Shown: positions 10,090-20,628 of the stretch, piece by piece
Position numbering within the stretch: the first letter of the stretch is position 1
Layout of the letters: each line of letters starts with the position of its first letter
IMG/VR virus record: IMGVR_UViG_3300022934_002389
Span: 1-64,000 of that record
Strand: one strand, 5' to 3'
From: an uncultured virus (IMG/VR IMGVR_UViG_3300022934_002389)
Taxonomy: Duplodnaviria; Heunggongvirae; Uroviricota; Caudoviricetes
Length of the DNA: 64,000 nucleotides
Program-made: the position numbers and the translations under genes
Notes under the pieces: model-generated
The model's input: the letters and a program-made list of their open reading frames with translations, nothing else
Database searches by the model: none
What the model was told of the DNA's origin: nothing

Positions 10090-11970
10090 ATGAGTTATAA
10101 GATTAATAAAACAGATGGTACATTACTAGTAGATTTGATAGATGGGCGTATCGATCAAGATACCACTGACTTAACTCTTGTAGGACGTAACTATAAAGGT
10201 TACGGAGAAATTTTTAACGAAAATTTTGTGCAAATGTTAGAAAACTTTTCTAATACTGCTCCGCCGAGCAATCCATTAAGAGGTCAACTTTGGTACGACA
10301 CAGAAGAAGGCAGATTAAAAGTTTGGACAGGAACAGAATTTAAAGCAACTGATACAACAACAGTTTCAGACACACAGCCTACACTTATTGCAGGCGATGT
10401 TTGGATTGACAGCGGACGTAAGCAAATTTATTTTTCAGATGGTACATCAGATCTTATATTAGCAGGCCCTGGGTATACAGCACAGCAAGGCGAAACAGGC
10501 TGGCGTACTGTAACTGTAATTGATAATTTTGGTATTGAAAGAATAGTCGCCTTACTAATGATTTCAGGTTCTCCTGCTGCACTTGTAAGTAAAGAAGACT
10601 TTACAGCAGCAGCAACAGATGCAAATCTAGCACTTATTCCTAATTTTGCAATTACAATCAAAGCAGGTTTTAATATTTCAACAGCATTTGCTGATTTTGA
10701 GTTTGATGGCAATGCTGCAACTACAAGTGCATTACTTGACTCAACATTACAAAGTTATACACCAGACGATTTCTTAAAACTAGATCCGCCATTAGATAGT
10801 GGCAGCGGTCAGCGTAGAAATACTAGTAATGGTGTTATTTTTGTAAATGATGATAACGGTCTTTATGTAGGAACAGATGGTGATTTAAGAACTTTTGTAT
10901 CAGGAAATGAAGTATACCAAAGATTGCAAAACACTACAACCACTGCATTTAGAATGCAATACAAGTCAAGCGGTATTGACACTGACTTCTTTACCTTAGA
11001 TAGATCATCTGGTAGAATTGGTTTATTTACATCATCACCTACATCCACAGTTGACATTACAGGTGATTTAAAAATATCAGGAGATTTATTAGTTGAAGGC
11101 GATGCAACTTATTTGAATGTTGCGACATTACGTGTTGAAGACAAACAAATAGAATTAGCAACTACAGACGATAGTAGTACACAAACAGATGCACAAGTTA
11201 ATGAATCTGGTATTGTTGTTAAGGTAGACGATGGCGATGATAAAGAATGGATTTGGGAACTAGCAAATAATGCATGGAACACAAATAAACAAAATATAAA
11301 TCTAACAAGTGGCTATGCTTATATGATAGGAAACTCAAATGTTTTAACACAAAATGAATTGGGTGCAAGTGTTGTGAGTGCTCCAGGATTAACAAGCCTT
11401 GGTACACTGTCGAGTCTACAAGTAGATTATTTGAATTTGGATAATGCAACTATTACAGCAACTACTTTCCCGCTTAACATTATAAGTGAAGGCGATATTG
11501 TTGTTGCAGGCACAGGCGGTAGTCCAAATGTAAAAATTACAGGTGTAACATCACCTGAAGTTAGTGATCCGCCAGACTATGTTGCAACCAAGGGTTATGT
11601 AGACGAACTATATAAAGATACAGATATTAAATTTTCATTAGATATTACAGGACTTTCTAATATACAAATTGCATTAGTTTTAGAAGACTTGTTCCCTGCT
11701 GTAGGTTATAACACAGGTGTGTACTGTTTTGTTCACACTGTTGATTATAGTGCAGGCGGTACTACAAGTTTTGATGTAGATGATAGTTTAACAAAAAGTT
11801 TAGTTGCAGTTGATAGTAATGGTGTTCAAAACCAATCGGTCTTACAGGACATAAGTTTTACTACACAAGTAGCAACAGTATCATTTTCACCAACAAGAGG
11901 ACTAAAACGGTTTATTATTGACGGTGCCTATAACTGGATATTTGTTGACGATTTGGTATCTAGTGTGTAA
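10090..11970 (+). CDS. Tail fibre-like virion protein
   Basis: Shared N-terminal module (LVGRNYKGYGE.FNENF..LENF...P.NPLRGQLWYDT). Fibre-like segments GRIGLFTSSP..VDITG and a DYVATKGYVD motif. Confidence 0.75.
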   Translation: MSYKINKTDGTLLVDLIDGRIDQDTTDLTLVGRNYKGYGEIFNENFVQMLENFSNTAPPSNPLRGQLWYDTEEGRLKVWTGTEFKATDTTTVSDTQPTLIAGDVWIDSGRKQIYFSDGTSDLILAGPGYTAQQGETGWRTVTVIDNFGIERIVALLMISGSPAALVSKEDFTAAATDANLALIPNFAITIKAGFNISTAFADFEFDGNAATTSALLDSTLQSYTPDDFLKLDPPLDSGSGQRRNTSNGVIFVNDDNGLYVGTDGDLRTFVSGNEVYQRLQNTTTTAFRMQYKSSGIDTDFFTLDRSSGRIGLFTSSPTSTVDITGDLKISGDLLVEGDATYLNVATLRVEDKQIELATTDDSSTQTDAQVNESGIVVKVDDGDDKEWIWELANNAWNTNKQNINLTSGYAYMIGNSNVLTQNELGASVVSAPGLTSLGTLSSLQVDYLNLDNATITATTFPLNIISEGDIVVAGTGGSPNVKITGVTSPEVSDPPDYVATKGYVDELYKDTDIKFSLDITGLSNIQIALVLEDLFPAVGYNTGVYCFVHTVDYSAGGTTSFDVDDSLTKSLVAVDSNGVQNQSVLQDISFTTQVATVSFSPTRGLKRFIIDGAYNWIFVDDLVSSV

Positions 11971-11973
11971 TTA

Positions 11974-11985
11974 GGTAAATACAGT
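11974..11985 (+). promoter_or_regulatory. T4-type late promoter-like box (GGTAAATA-CAGT)
   Basis: Intergenic TAAATACAGT followed by a GGGAG ribosome-binding site and ATG at 12007. Confidence 0.55.
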
Positions 11986-12006
11986 GCAGAGGGAGTAAGC
12001 TCACAA

Positions 12007-13470
12007 ATGGCATATACAATTAATAGATTTAACGGCACAGTCTTAACAAATGTTGAAGACGGCACAATTAACACTACTACAGATTTGAAGTTAGTAGGGA
12101 AGAATTATAGTGGTTACGGTGAAAGCCAAAACGAAAACTTTTTGTTTTTGTTAGAAAATTTTGCAGGTGTAAATGCACCTACAAAACCAATCAGTGGTAT
12201 GATTTGGTTTGACAGTGGAACTAACAAACTTAAATTTTATAATGGAACATCATGGAAGCCAGCAGGCGGCACTGAAATAAGCACAACAGCACCAGCAGGA
12301 TCATCAGAGGGAGACTTTTGGTGGGATAGCAACAACGAGCAGTTTTATGTAAGATCAGCATCTGGCAACTGGGTGTTAATTGGTCCACAAGGTGTTGGCG
12401 CAGGATTTGGTGTAACACAAACTAAAAGTCTTACACTTACAGATACTACAGGTACCATTCATGCCATTTTGGCTACCTATGTAGAAGACACTGTAATTTC
12501 AACTATCAGTCCAGATACATTTACTCCTAACACAGCAAGTGCAATTACAGGTTTCCCAACAATTTATGCAGGTATTACACTCCTAAATTCAAATTCAGGA
12601 GAAACAACAACTACACATAGATTCTATGGTACTGCAACTAATGCTGACAAACTAGGTGGATTAAGTTCTAGTGATTTTGTTAGATCAACAGGTACAACAA
12701 ACTTTAGTTCTCTAGTTACATTTAGTGATATTGGATTTACATTAGGTACAGGCACAGATTTAACTTTTGAAATAGATACAGACGGTATTACACCTGTATT
12801 TAAAATGAATCAAGATAAGTTGCGTATTAAAGATAGTTCAGGCAATGTTGTAGTTTATTGGGATGCAACAGGTATGCATCCTGGTGCAAATGCAAACGGC
12901 ACAATTTACAATTTAGGAAAAGGTGCTGAAAAATTTGAAAATGTATATGCAACAACTTTTAATGGTACAGCAACACAAGCAGATACTTTAAAAGTTGGAA
13001 GTGCATATAGAAGTGCAGCAACTTCTGCAACATTTGATAGTATTGCAGCAAGAGATAGTGCAGGTAACCTAACAGCCGTTGTGTTTAGTGGTACAGCAAC
13101 TAAAGCAAGATATGCCGACTTAGCAGAAAAATATACTACAGGTGATATAGATTTAGAGCCAGGAACAGCAGTAGCAGTAGGTACAGATGATTGTTGCGAA
13201 GTAGTACCAGCAAAGTCAAGCGATATTTGCATTGGAGTTGTATCAACTGATCCTGCAATTATGATGAATAGTGAAGCAGATGGTCAATACATTGCACTAA
13301 AAGGTCGTGTTCCTGTAAAAGTAGAAGGTCCTGTAAAAAAAGGACAAGCAATTTATGCATGGGAAGATGGTATTTGTAAAACAGTAGCAACCACTGCACT
13401 AATAGGTGTAGCACTTGAAACTAAAGACTCAGATGATGTAGGATTAGTGGAGTGTGTGCTAAAAGTATAA
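12007..13470 (+). CDS. Tail fibre/spike protein with C-terminal peptidase G2-like intramolecular chaperone domain
   Basis: Same N-terminal module as the two preceding fibres. C-terminal ARYADLAEKY...EPGT...GVVSTDPA..MN...IALKGRVPVKV (13105-13470) resembles the autocleaving chaperone domains of phage spikes. Confidence 0.75.
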   Translation: MAYTINRFNGTVLTNVEDGTINTTTDLKLVGKNYSGYGESQNENFLFLLENFAGVNAPTKPISGMIWFDSGTNKLKFYNGTSWKPAGGTEISTTAPAGSSEGDFWWDSNNEQFYVRSASGNWVLIGPQGVGAGFGVTQTKSLTLTDTTGTIHAILATYVEDTVISTISPDTFTPNTASAITGFPTIYAGITLLNSNSGETTTTHRFYGTATNADKLGGLSSSDFVRSTGTTNFSSLVTFSDIGFTLGTGTDLTFEIDTDGITPVFKMNQDKLRIKDSSGNVVVYWDATGMHPGANANGTIYNLGKGAEKFENVYATTFNGTATQADTLKVGSAYRSAATSATFDSIAARDSAGNLTAVVFSGTATKARYADLAEKYTTGDIDLEPGTAVAVGTDDCCEVVPAKSSDICIGVVSTDPAIMMNSEADGQYIALKGRVPVKVEGPVKKGQAIYAWEDGICKTVATTALIGVALETKDSDDVGLVECVLKV

Positions 13471-13473
13471 ATA
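13466..13473 (+). promoter_or_regulatory. T4 late promoter consensus TATAAATA
   Basis: Exact TATAAATA overlapping the stop codon, followed by an AGGAG ribosome-binding site and ATG at 13498. Confidence 0.7.
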
Positions 13474-13497
13474 TACTAGTACTTATTAGGAGTTTCG

Positions 13498-14385
13498 ATG
13501 GCAGTAGGATCAGTAATATCAGCAGCACGTTACAATGCAATTCAGTCTCAAGTTGAACAAGTTTTAGGTGTTGGATCCGGCCGATTTGGTTATAACAATA
13601 CAGTAACTAGTGCTCCGGTTTCAAGCGGATCAGGCACAGTAAACGAAGTGCATATGTCAGCACTAAAAGCAGACTTAACAGATGCTTATGTACACCAAAC
13701 TGGATCATCTCCTACACCTTTAACTAGTGTTGCTGTTGCAGATGATATTACAGATGCTGTATATTTAGAATACGAAACAATTGGAAATTACATATATCTA
13801 AATAAAGATGATTTGTATGCTTCTACTCAAGCAAGTGTAGAATCTAAAGTTTCATCATCAAGAGGTACTTCTAGTCCTTGGGGAGATATTTCATCAAGAG
13901 AAACAATTACACACGAATTTACAGCGACATTTACTGATGCAAATCATAGACGTGCATTTTTCAATGCAGGAGGTCAAGTTAGAGTTAGCACAACAGTAAC
14001 AAATGCATCTGGTGCAAAAGGATCTGACTGGGCATCTATGATGTCAGCAATAGGTACAGTCGCTATGGATAGATCACAAACTACTGCATCATCGCCTGGA
14101 ACATCGATTGGTAATTATGATCTTAACACAACGTATCAAACAATTTTTACTAAATCAGGTTCTGGTGTTTATGCAAGCAATAGTTATACTATTAAAGCTA
14201 AAGCAGACAGTGATACAGTTTTAAGATTTAAAGTTGAATTTTATGACGGTATTCCTGCAATTGGTGCTGGTGGCACTGATGAAGCAGTTATTGCAGATAT
14301 TACATCAAGTGTTTCTCAACTAAGGGCAACGGGTTCATATGTGTCAGTACCGACTCCGACATACGCTAACGTTTCTACCTTATAA
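13498..14385 (+). CDS. Putative virion structural protein (paralog of 14404-15675)
   Basis: Ser/Thr/Gly-rich. Shares FFNAGGQ.R, W..M.SA.GT and YQT..TKSGSG.YA.N.YT with the next gene. Has a late promoter box and an AGGAG site. Confidence 0.65.
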   Translation: MAVGSVISAARYNAIQSQVEQVLGVGSGRFGYNNTVTSAPVSSGSGTVNEVHMSALKADLTDAYVHQTGSSPTPLTSVAVADDITDAVYLEYETIGNYIYLNKDDLYASTQASVESKVSSSRGTSSPWGDISSRETITHEFTATFTDANHRRAFFNAGGQVRVSTTVTNASGAKGSDWASMMSAIGTVAMDRSQTTASSPGTSIGNYDLNTTYQTIFTKSGSGVYASNSYTIKAKADSDTVLRFKVEFYDGIPAIGAGGTDEAVIADITSSVSQLRATGSYVSVPTPTYANVSTL

Positions 14386-14392
14386 GTACAGT
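14381..14392 (+). promoter_or_regulatory. Late promoter-like box (TATAAGTA-CAGT)
   Basis: 7/8 match to TATAAATA with the same CAGT extension, followed by AGGAG and ATG at 14404. Confidence 0.5.
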
Positions 14393-14403
14393 AGGAGTTA
14401 CTA

Positions 14404-15675
14404 ATGCCGTTTACTATTGGCCAAACAATTACTGCATCTAATTATAATACACTTCGTACAAACGTACTAGGTGTGTATCAAACTCTGTACGGACAATCAC
14501 CTTATTCTAGCACAGTAACTGGTAATAGCACTCCTAATGCAGGTGATGGTGATCAAATTACAACCACTGAAATGTTGAATTTATTTTTAGATGTTCAGGC
14601 AGCATACTTGCATCAAACAGGAAGTGTTAACAGTAATATTGCAGTACCAGAAGTTGGTTTAACAGTATCAGCAGACGAATCTGAAGCAGGCGGCCATAGC
14701 GGTATGATACTTGCTGTAGGTTTAACAAATCCTGCAACTATAACAACAGACACAAACCATAATTTAAAAGATGGAGTGTTAATAACATTTAATGACGTAG
14801 AAGGTACTACTGAACTAAACGGATTAAGTTACTATGTCAAAGTTACAGGGTCAGCCGATATAGAATTGTATACAAACAGTGCGTTGACAACAGGTCTAAA
14901 TGCAACAGGCTATACTACATTTAGCGGATACGGGCATTGGAATGCTCAAGCAACAGCAGTAACAGACGGCACAAAAATGGGTTACAATGATTATGAAACA
15001 GCGATTTTAGATGTTGTAAACTTTAATGGAGAAGTATCAGGTTGGCCTTTGCTTACCAACTTTACTTTAGGAACACCTACTGCAAGTGCAACAAGAACAG
15101 CAAGTTGGGGCGGTACAGGTACAGGCGGCAGCGGTCCGCCTAATAGCATTTATCATGTAGTAACAGTGACATTTACAAGTGCTGCCGCATTAGGATATTA
15201 TTTCAACGCTGGCGGCCAAATAAGATTTAATGCTTCTGCGTCAGGCGGCTCTGATCCTAAAGATACAGAATGGATCGGTATGCTTAGTGCTATGGGCACA
15301 ATATCATTTGACAAATATGATACTTCTGCAAGTAGCGGTACAAGTGCAGGCTTAGGCGCAGACGATCTAACAGCCTCATATCAAACTTTGCTAACTAAAT
15401 CAGGAAGCGGTGCTTATGCAAATAACGAATATACACTTGAAGGACTTAAATCTGCTGGTAATGTGTTGAGATTTAGAATCAGCATGAATGACGATTACAC
15501 CGGTACATTTTTTGATTACGACATAACTGCTGATTTTGATAGTTCTTGCACTTCTTTTAGACCAGACAGTAGTTTTACATATAATTCTACAACATATACA
15601 GCAGTTGATTTACCTCATCCTACAATATCAAACGCTACAGAATTGACTGCCGATTTAGCAAGTCCTCCGTCATAA
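14404..15675 (+). CDS. Putative virion structural protein with inserted beta-domain (E1 FCCH-like)
   Basis: Paralog of 13498. Carries an extra segment TNPATITTDTNHNLKDG..ITFNDVEGTTELNG..YYVKV at about 14701-14940. Confidence 0.6.
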   Translation: MPFTIGQTITASNYNTLRTNVLGVYQTLYGQSPYSSTVTGNSTPNAGDGDQITTTEMLNLFLDVQAAYLHQTGSVNSNIAVPEVGLTVSADESEAGGHSGMILAVGLTNPATITTDTNHNLKDGVLITFNDVEGTTELNGLSYYVKVTGSADIELYTNSALTTGLNATGYTTFSGYGHWNAQATAVTDGTKMGYNDYETAILDVVNFNGEVSGWPLLTNFTLGTPTASATRTASWGGTGTGGSGPPNSIYHVVTVTFTSAAALGYYFNAGGQIRFNASASGGSDPKDTEWIGMLSAMGTISFDKYDTSASSGTSAGLGADDLTASYQTLLTKSGSGAYANNEYTLEGLKSAGNVLRFRISMNDDYTGTFFDYDITADFDSSCTSFRPDSSFTYNSTTYTAVDLPHPTISNATELTADLASPPS

Positions 15676-15679
15676 TTAA

Positions 15680-15687
15680 GTTAAATA
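15680..15687 (+). promoter_or_regulatory. Late promoter-like box (GTTAAATA) heading the enzyme island
   Basis: Intergenic TAAATA, then AGGAG and ATG at 15715. Confidence 0.5.
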
Positions 15688-15714
15688 CGTACATTATTAT
15701 GTAGGAGTATCCGT

Positions 15715-16062
15715 ATGGACGATCGTCTTGAACAAGCAATAGATTCTGCCAATTTTTTAATTACATTAGAAAATACAAAACGCATATTGAAAGAGCAATA
15801 TAAAGAATCTTTGGTTTGCTATCATAACAAAGGACAATTTAGTATTAGCATGGAACTTATAAGTTATTTGCAAACACTAATAGGCATGAATCAAACAGAA
15901 ACTGTTCTAATTGACGATCACGATATTCCTATTCAAATCGAAAATTTAAAACTTTTTGTTTTAGAAGTAATGAATCAATTTTATAATGCAAACAACAAAT
16001 ATCTTATAGAGTATAACAAACTTGTTAAAAAGAGGTCAACAAAGGATATTGTAGAAGTATGA
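15715..16062 (+). CDS. Hypothetical protein
   Basis: 115 aa, good AGGAG site, ATGA overlap with the next gene. Confidence 0.7.
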   Translation: MDDRLEQAIDSANFLITLENTKRILKEQYKESLVCYHNKGQFSISMELISYLQTLIGMNQTETVLIDDHDIPIQIENLKLFVLEVMNQFYNANNKYLIEYNKLVKKRSTKDIVEV

Positions 16063-16910
16063 GCAAAGGTGTCCTCTTTATTGCAAGAAACAATAAAGAA
16101 ATTAACTATCTTTACCAAGCAGTGTTCAATGCACACAGAGTACACAAATATTTAGGTGTACCTGTTTCGATAATTACAGATAACAAAGAATATTTAGAAA
16201 CACGATTCGATAGTCATCCTTTTGAACATGTTATAGAAATTCCAAACGATCAAGATTATGGATATAGAAAATACAATGACGGAACGTATTCTAAAAGAAA
16301 TTTAGAATGGAAAAACACTTCACGGGCAAAAGCATACGACCTTTCTCCTTACGAAGAAACACTATTATTAGATACAGATTATATAATTGCAAATAGTTTG
16401 TTAAAAGATTGTTTTAACCAATTACATGATTTTTTAATTTATAAGGATAGTGTTGAACTTAGTGGATGGAGAGACGTATCAGAATTTGAATTATGTAGTG
16501 ACAAGACAATAGATTTTTATTGGGCAACTTGTGTATATTTTAGAAAAAGTCCTGACAACAAACGGTTCTTTGATCTGCTTCATCATATATCAGAGAATTG
16601 GGAACATTATAGAAACTTGTACCAAATTAAAAGTGCAATTTTTCGTAATGATTATGTTTTTAGTGTTGCAATACACATAATGAATGGACATTATAAAAAC
16701 GGGTTTGCAAAAACTTTACCTGGTAAATTGTTTTATACAATTGATAGAGATTTGCTTATTGACATTGATGGCGATGATTTTTTATTTTGTTTAGAGAAAA
16801 AAGATAGTTTTGGTAATTACATGCCATTGAGAATGAGAGGTTCTAATGTACATGTAATGAATAAATTTAGTTTAACGAGAGCAATGTATGTCCCAGAATT
16901 CAAAGATTAA
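16059..16910 (+). CDS. GT-A fold glycosyltransferase-like protein (GT8-like)
   Basis: N-terminal beta strand GVLFIA, VSIITD, SPYEETLLLDTDY (DxD), RNDYVFS, and C-terminal HVMNK. Confidence 0.65.
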   Translation: MSKGVLFIARNNKEINYLYQAVFNAHRVHKYLGVPVSIITDNKEYLETRFDSHPFEHVIEIPNDQDYGYRKYNDGTYSKRNLEWKNTSRAKAYDLSPYEETLLLDTDYIIANSLLKDCFNQLHDFLIYKDSVELSGWRDVSEFELCSDKTIDFYWATCVYFRKSPDNKRFFDLLHHISENWEHYRNLYQIKSAIFRNDYVFSVAIHIMNGHYKNGFAKTLPGKLFYTIDRDLLIDIDGDDFLFCLEKKDSFGNYMPLRMRGSNVHVMNKFSLTRAMYVPEFKD

Positions 16911-17742
16911 TTTTACATTGTTTGCACAAAATACAGATGTTGATTATGTTCAGCAAGCATGTCTTTGCGCAATGAGTATTAAAAATTCAAATCCGAACAG
17001 TTCTATTTGTTTGGTAACAAATGATGTTGTGCCTGATAAGTATCAAAATTTATTTGATTATATAAAAGAAATACCTTGGGGAGATGCTGCACAAGGACAA
17101 GAATGGAAGATTCATAATCGCTGGAAATTATACCATGTTACTCCGTATGATAATACAATTGTATTAGATGTTGATATGCTTGTGCTAGACGACATTAGCC
17201 GTTGGTGGGAATTTTTACAAACAAAGGAATTATTTTTTACATCAAATGTAAGAACATATAGAAATGATATTGTCACAAGTAGATTTTATAGGCCAGCATT
17301 TGATAAATTTTATTTGCCAGATACTTATGTGGGATTTTATTATTTTAAAAAATCTGATCTAGCACACACTTATTTTAAATGGCTCGAACTAGCAGTTAAT
17401 AATTGGGAAAAGTTTCAAGGAGATTTTGCAGGAGGCAAATACTATCAGCGTGTAGCAAGTATTGACATGCTGACTGCAATAATTATAAAAATTCTTGGAA
17501 TCGAAAACGAAGTCACCTGCAAAGTTAGAGATTATCCCCATTTTACACATATGAAGTTACATTGCCAAAATTGGACTAATGTTAAAGTAGACAGTTGGCA
17601 AAAGTATGTAGGCACATATCTTACAAATGACGGTAAATTAAAAATAGGCAACTATTTCCAACAAGGTGTCTTTCATTATACAGAAGATGACTTTGTAAAC
17701 GATAGAATTATAAACATATATGAAAAGCTTGTAGGAGTTTAA
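16888..17742 (+). CDS. GT-A fold glycosyltransferase-like protein (GT8-like), paralog of upstream gene
   Basis: YVQQACLCAMSIK, ICLVTND, TPYDNTIVLDVDML (DxD), FTHMK, FHY. Confidence 0.65.
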   Translation: MSQNSKINFTLFAQNTDVDYVQQACLCAMSIKNSNPNSSICLVTNDVVPDKYQNLFDYIKEIPWGDAAQGQEWKIHNRWKLYHVTPYDNTIVLDVDMLVLDDISRWWEFLQTKELFFTSNVRTYRNDIVTSRFYRPAFDKFYLPDTYVGFYYFKKSDLAHTYFKWLELAVNNWEKFQGDFAGGKYYQRVASIDMLTAIIIKILGIENEVTCKVRDYPHFTHMKLHCQNWTNVKVDSWQKYVGTYLTNDGKLKIGNYFQQGVFHYTEDDFVNDRIINIYEKLVGV

Positions 17743-18321
17743 ATGTTACAAATATCTACTAACAAATTTATTTACTTTGATGAAAATGGAGAACTTTTAT
17801 CTGTTAGCAATACTAACGCAGAAGAAGGGAACTGGATTGAAGTAGACATTGATGCAGTTAAAGATATTTTAGATGCAAAGGATTCTATGACAAATTATAG
17901 TGTTGCATTTGATAGCACTACAAAAAAATATGAACTAAAGCATAAACTTATAGCAGTAGACTTCAATACTGATATATGGTATGACATTTTTGAAATACCA
18001 ATTACAGAAAAAGCAGATGTAATTGTTACACAAGATTGTAAAAATAAAGAATGGTTATTTGAACTAGATCCTATGATAGTAAAAGAAACAAAATCTAAAG
18101 ACTCTTTTTATAACTTTCCTATGCAATTCTCGATCACAGAGTTTAATGATCCTCATAATTTATTGCAGTTTATTAAGTTTGGCTTTAGAGATTTGATAGA
18201 AGAAAATGTAGTAAAAGTTGCGTTTGATGATAATTTTAAGGTAGACAAAACTGACATAAGTGTGTATACTATTAAAAAATTCGATACCTATTGTCGGAGA
18301 ATGGTGAATGAGCAAATTTAA
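17743..18321 (+). CDS. Hypothetical protein
   Basis: 192 aa acidic ORF abutting both neighbours, no recognisable motif. Confidence 0.65.
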   Translation: MLQISTNKFIYFDENGELLSVSNTNAEEGNWIEVDIDAVKDILDAKDSMTNYSVAFDSTTKKYELKHKLIAVDFNTDIWYDIFEIPITEKADVIVTQDCKNKEWLFELDPMIVKETKSKDSFYNFPMQFSITEFNDPHNLLQFIKFGFRDLIEENVVKVAFDDNFKVDKTDISVYTIKKFDTYCRRMVNEQI

Positions 18322-19249
18322 AATACTAGACTATGACATTATCTATCTTAGTTATGACGAACCTAATGCTGAAAAAAACTATGCAGATTTGTGTAGGAAA
18401 ATTCCTTGGGCTAAACGTGTACACGGTGTAGACGGAAGTGATGCAGCACACAAGGCATGTGCAGAACTTTCAGAGACGGATAGATTTATTACTATCGATG
18501 GCGATAATATTATTGATTCTGAGTTTCTTACAAAAGAATATGATTTAGAAACACACGAAGACATGCACTGGAATCGTGATATAAAGTTTGAAGACTGTGT
18601 AGTAAGTTGGAGTGCTAGAAATACAATTAACGGACTAATGTACGGTAACGGCGGTATTAAATGCTGGCCTAAAGATAAAGTGTTAAACATGCGTACACAC
18701 GAAAATGCAGATCCTAATAATGCACATGCTCAAGTTGATTTTTGTTGGGACTTAGAATATATTCAAATGAATGCGTGTTATAGCGAAATTATGAATAATG
18801 CTACTCCGCAGCAAGCATGGCGTGCTGGATTTAGAGAAGGTGTCAAAATGGCACTTGACAGAGGTATGAAACCTACTTTGAATGATTTTAAACGTAATCA
18901 TTGGAAGAACTTGCATCGTTTGTATATTTGGCTAATGATAGGCGCTGATGTAGAAAATGGTAAATGGGCTATTTACGGCGCAAGAGAAGGTCTTTATAAA
19001 ACAATGTGTACGGATTGGGACTTTGTAAATGTTCGTGATTTTAAATGGTTAAATGAATATTGGGCAAATGAAGTTGAATCTAAAGTATCTTTAGAAGGAC
19101 TTGAAGATTCAATTGAGGAATATGGTATTAAACTAATTAACGAACTCGATTTACCTATTGCTGAAGAATGCTTAACTGCACAACAAAGTAATTTTTTCAA
19201 AACAGTATATCAAAATCCGGGTAGAACTGCTGGACAACAATTTATATGA
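18308..19249 (+). CDS. GT-A-like glycosyltransferase (phage type)
   Basis: YDIIYLSYDEPNAEKNY...RVHGV.G...AH...FITIDGDN (DxD)...YGNGGIK...AWRAGFREG. Homologous to the C-terminal domain of 34993-37557. Confidence 0.6.
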   Translation: MSKFKILDYDIIYLSYDEPNAEKNYADLCRKIPWAKRVHGVDGSDAAHKACAELSETDRFITIDGDNIIDSEFLTKEYDLETHEDMHWNRDIKFEDCVVSWSARNTINGLMYGNGGIKCWPKDKVLNMRTHENADPNNAHAQVDFCWDLEYIQMNACYSEIMNNATPQQAWRAGFREGVKMALDRGMKPTLNDFKRNHWKNLHRLYIWLMIGADVENGKWAIYGAREGLYKTMCTDWDFVNVRDFKWLNEYWANEVESKVSLEGLEDSIEEYGIKLINELDLPIAEECLTAQQSNFFKTVYQNPGRTAGQQFI

Positions 19250-20628
19250 AATCAGAAACAGATAGAATTAAAGAAGCCGCTAGTATAATGGAGGATGTAA
19301 GTCCGACATTCTGTTTGGCTAAGTGGCATCATACTACAATTTATTTACACACAGGTGATACACACAGTTGCTATCATCCGTCGCCGCATAAGATTGATTT
19401 AGAAGAAATTAAAAACAATCCTAGTGCATTGCACAATACACTTACAAAGAAAAAAGAACGTGCAAAAATGCTTGTAGGTGAAAAACCTAAAGGCTGTACC
19501 TATTGCTGGAATGTCGAAGCACTAGGAGATGATCATATTTCTGATAGAAACATTCGTAATGAAAGTATTTACAAGCCTGAGCGATTACAAGAAATTGTAG
19601 ATTCGCCTTGGGATTTTGACGTAAATCCAGAATATATCGAAATTGCATTTAGTAATGAATGCAATTTTAAATGTGGATATTGTTCACCTATGGCAAGTAG
19701 TAGCTTTTATAACGAAGTCAAAAAACATGGTCCGTATGATATGGTTAAAAATCATCGATGCGATGTTGATTGGTTTCAGCCTATGGAAGAAGGGTCAAAT
19801 CCTTACGTAGATGCATGGTGGAAATGGTGGCCTGAAGTAAGTAAGACACTAAACATTTTACGCATTACAGGCGGTGAGCCTCTTATGCATAAAAGCACAT
19901 GGCGTATATTTGACGAACTTAAAGAAAATCCACGTCCTCATATTGAACTTAACCTCAATAGTAACATGGGTTTAAGTCCACGCATTGTGTCTAAGTTTGC
20001 CGATAATGTAAAAGAACTTTTAGAAGGTAACAAAATTAAAAAGTTTAAAGTATATTCTAGTATAGATACATTTGATAATCGTGCAGAATATCTTCGCACA
20101 GGTTTAGATGTAAATCTTTGGGAAAGTAATATGAAAAACTTTTTAAATATTACTGGCTCCGATTTAACAATCATGTGTACGTTTAATATTCTTAGTGTTA
20201 CAAGTTTTAATTTATTCCTACAAAAAGTTTTAGATTGGCGTAAAGAATTTTATGATCCTAAGCGTAGACGTATTAGATTTGATACACCTTATCTAAAAGA
20301 ACCGTTACAATATGATATGCATATTTTACCTAAGGATGAATTTTTGCCTTACATGGATAAAATTTTACAATTTATTAATGACAATAGAGACGACAAAGAC
20401 ACTACGAAATTTAGTGATTTAGAATATGAACGTTTTCGTAGAGTAAGAAATTATTTTGCAAATGTTAACTATGACGAACCGAGAGTAAAAGAAGGCAGAG
20501 CAGATTTTTACAATTGGTTTAATGAATATGATGTTAGAAGAAACGTTAATTTTTTAGAAACATTTCCTGAGATGGAAGGGTTTTATAATTTATGTAAGCA
20601 AACTAAGGATGAACTAGAAGTTGTCTAA
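19246..20628 (+). CDS. Radical SAM protein with N-terminal Twitch/SPASM-like domain
   Basis: CNFKCGYC and RITGGEP. N-terminal FCLAKW..SCYH..GCTYCW, C-terminal D.RR..FLETFPEM. Confidence 0.9.
   Translation: MKSETDRIKEAASIMEDVSPTFCLAKWHHTTIYLHTGDTHSCYHPSPHKIDLEEIKNNPSALHNTLTKKKERAKMLVGEKPKGCTYCWNVEALGDDHISDRNIRNESIYKPERLQEIVDSPWDFDVNPEYIEIAFSNECNFKCGYCSPMASSSFYNEVKKHGPYDMVKNHRCDVDWFQPMEEGSNPYVDAWWKWWPEVSKTLNILRITGGEPLMHKSTWRIFDELKENPRPHIELNLNSNMGLSPRIVSKFADNVKELLEGNKIKKFKVYSSIDTFDNRAEYLRTGLDVNLWESNMKNFLNITGSDLTIMCTFNILSVTSFNLFLQKVLDWRKEFYDPKRRRIRFDTPYLKEPLQYDMHILPKDEFLPYMDKILQFINDNRDDKDTTKFSDLEYERFRRVRNYFANVNYDEPRVKEGRADFYNWFNEYDVRRNVNFLETFPEMEGFYNLCKQTKDELEVV

Noticed and set aside
13474..13481. 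Palindrome TACTAGTA after the late promoter
   Set aside because: Too short and AT-rich to distinguish from chance.
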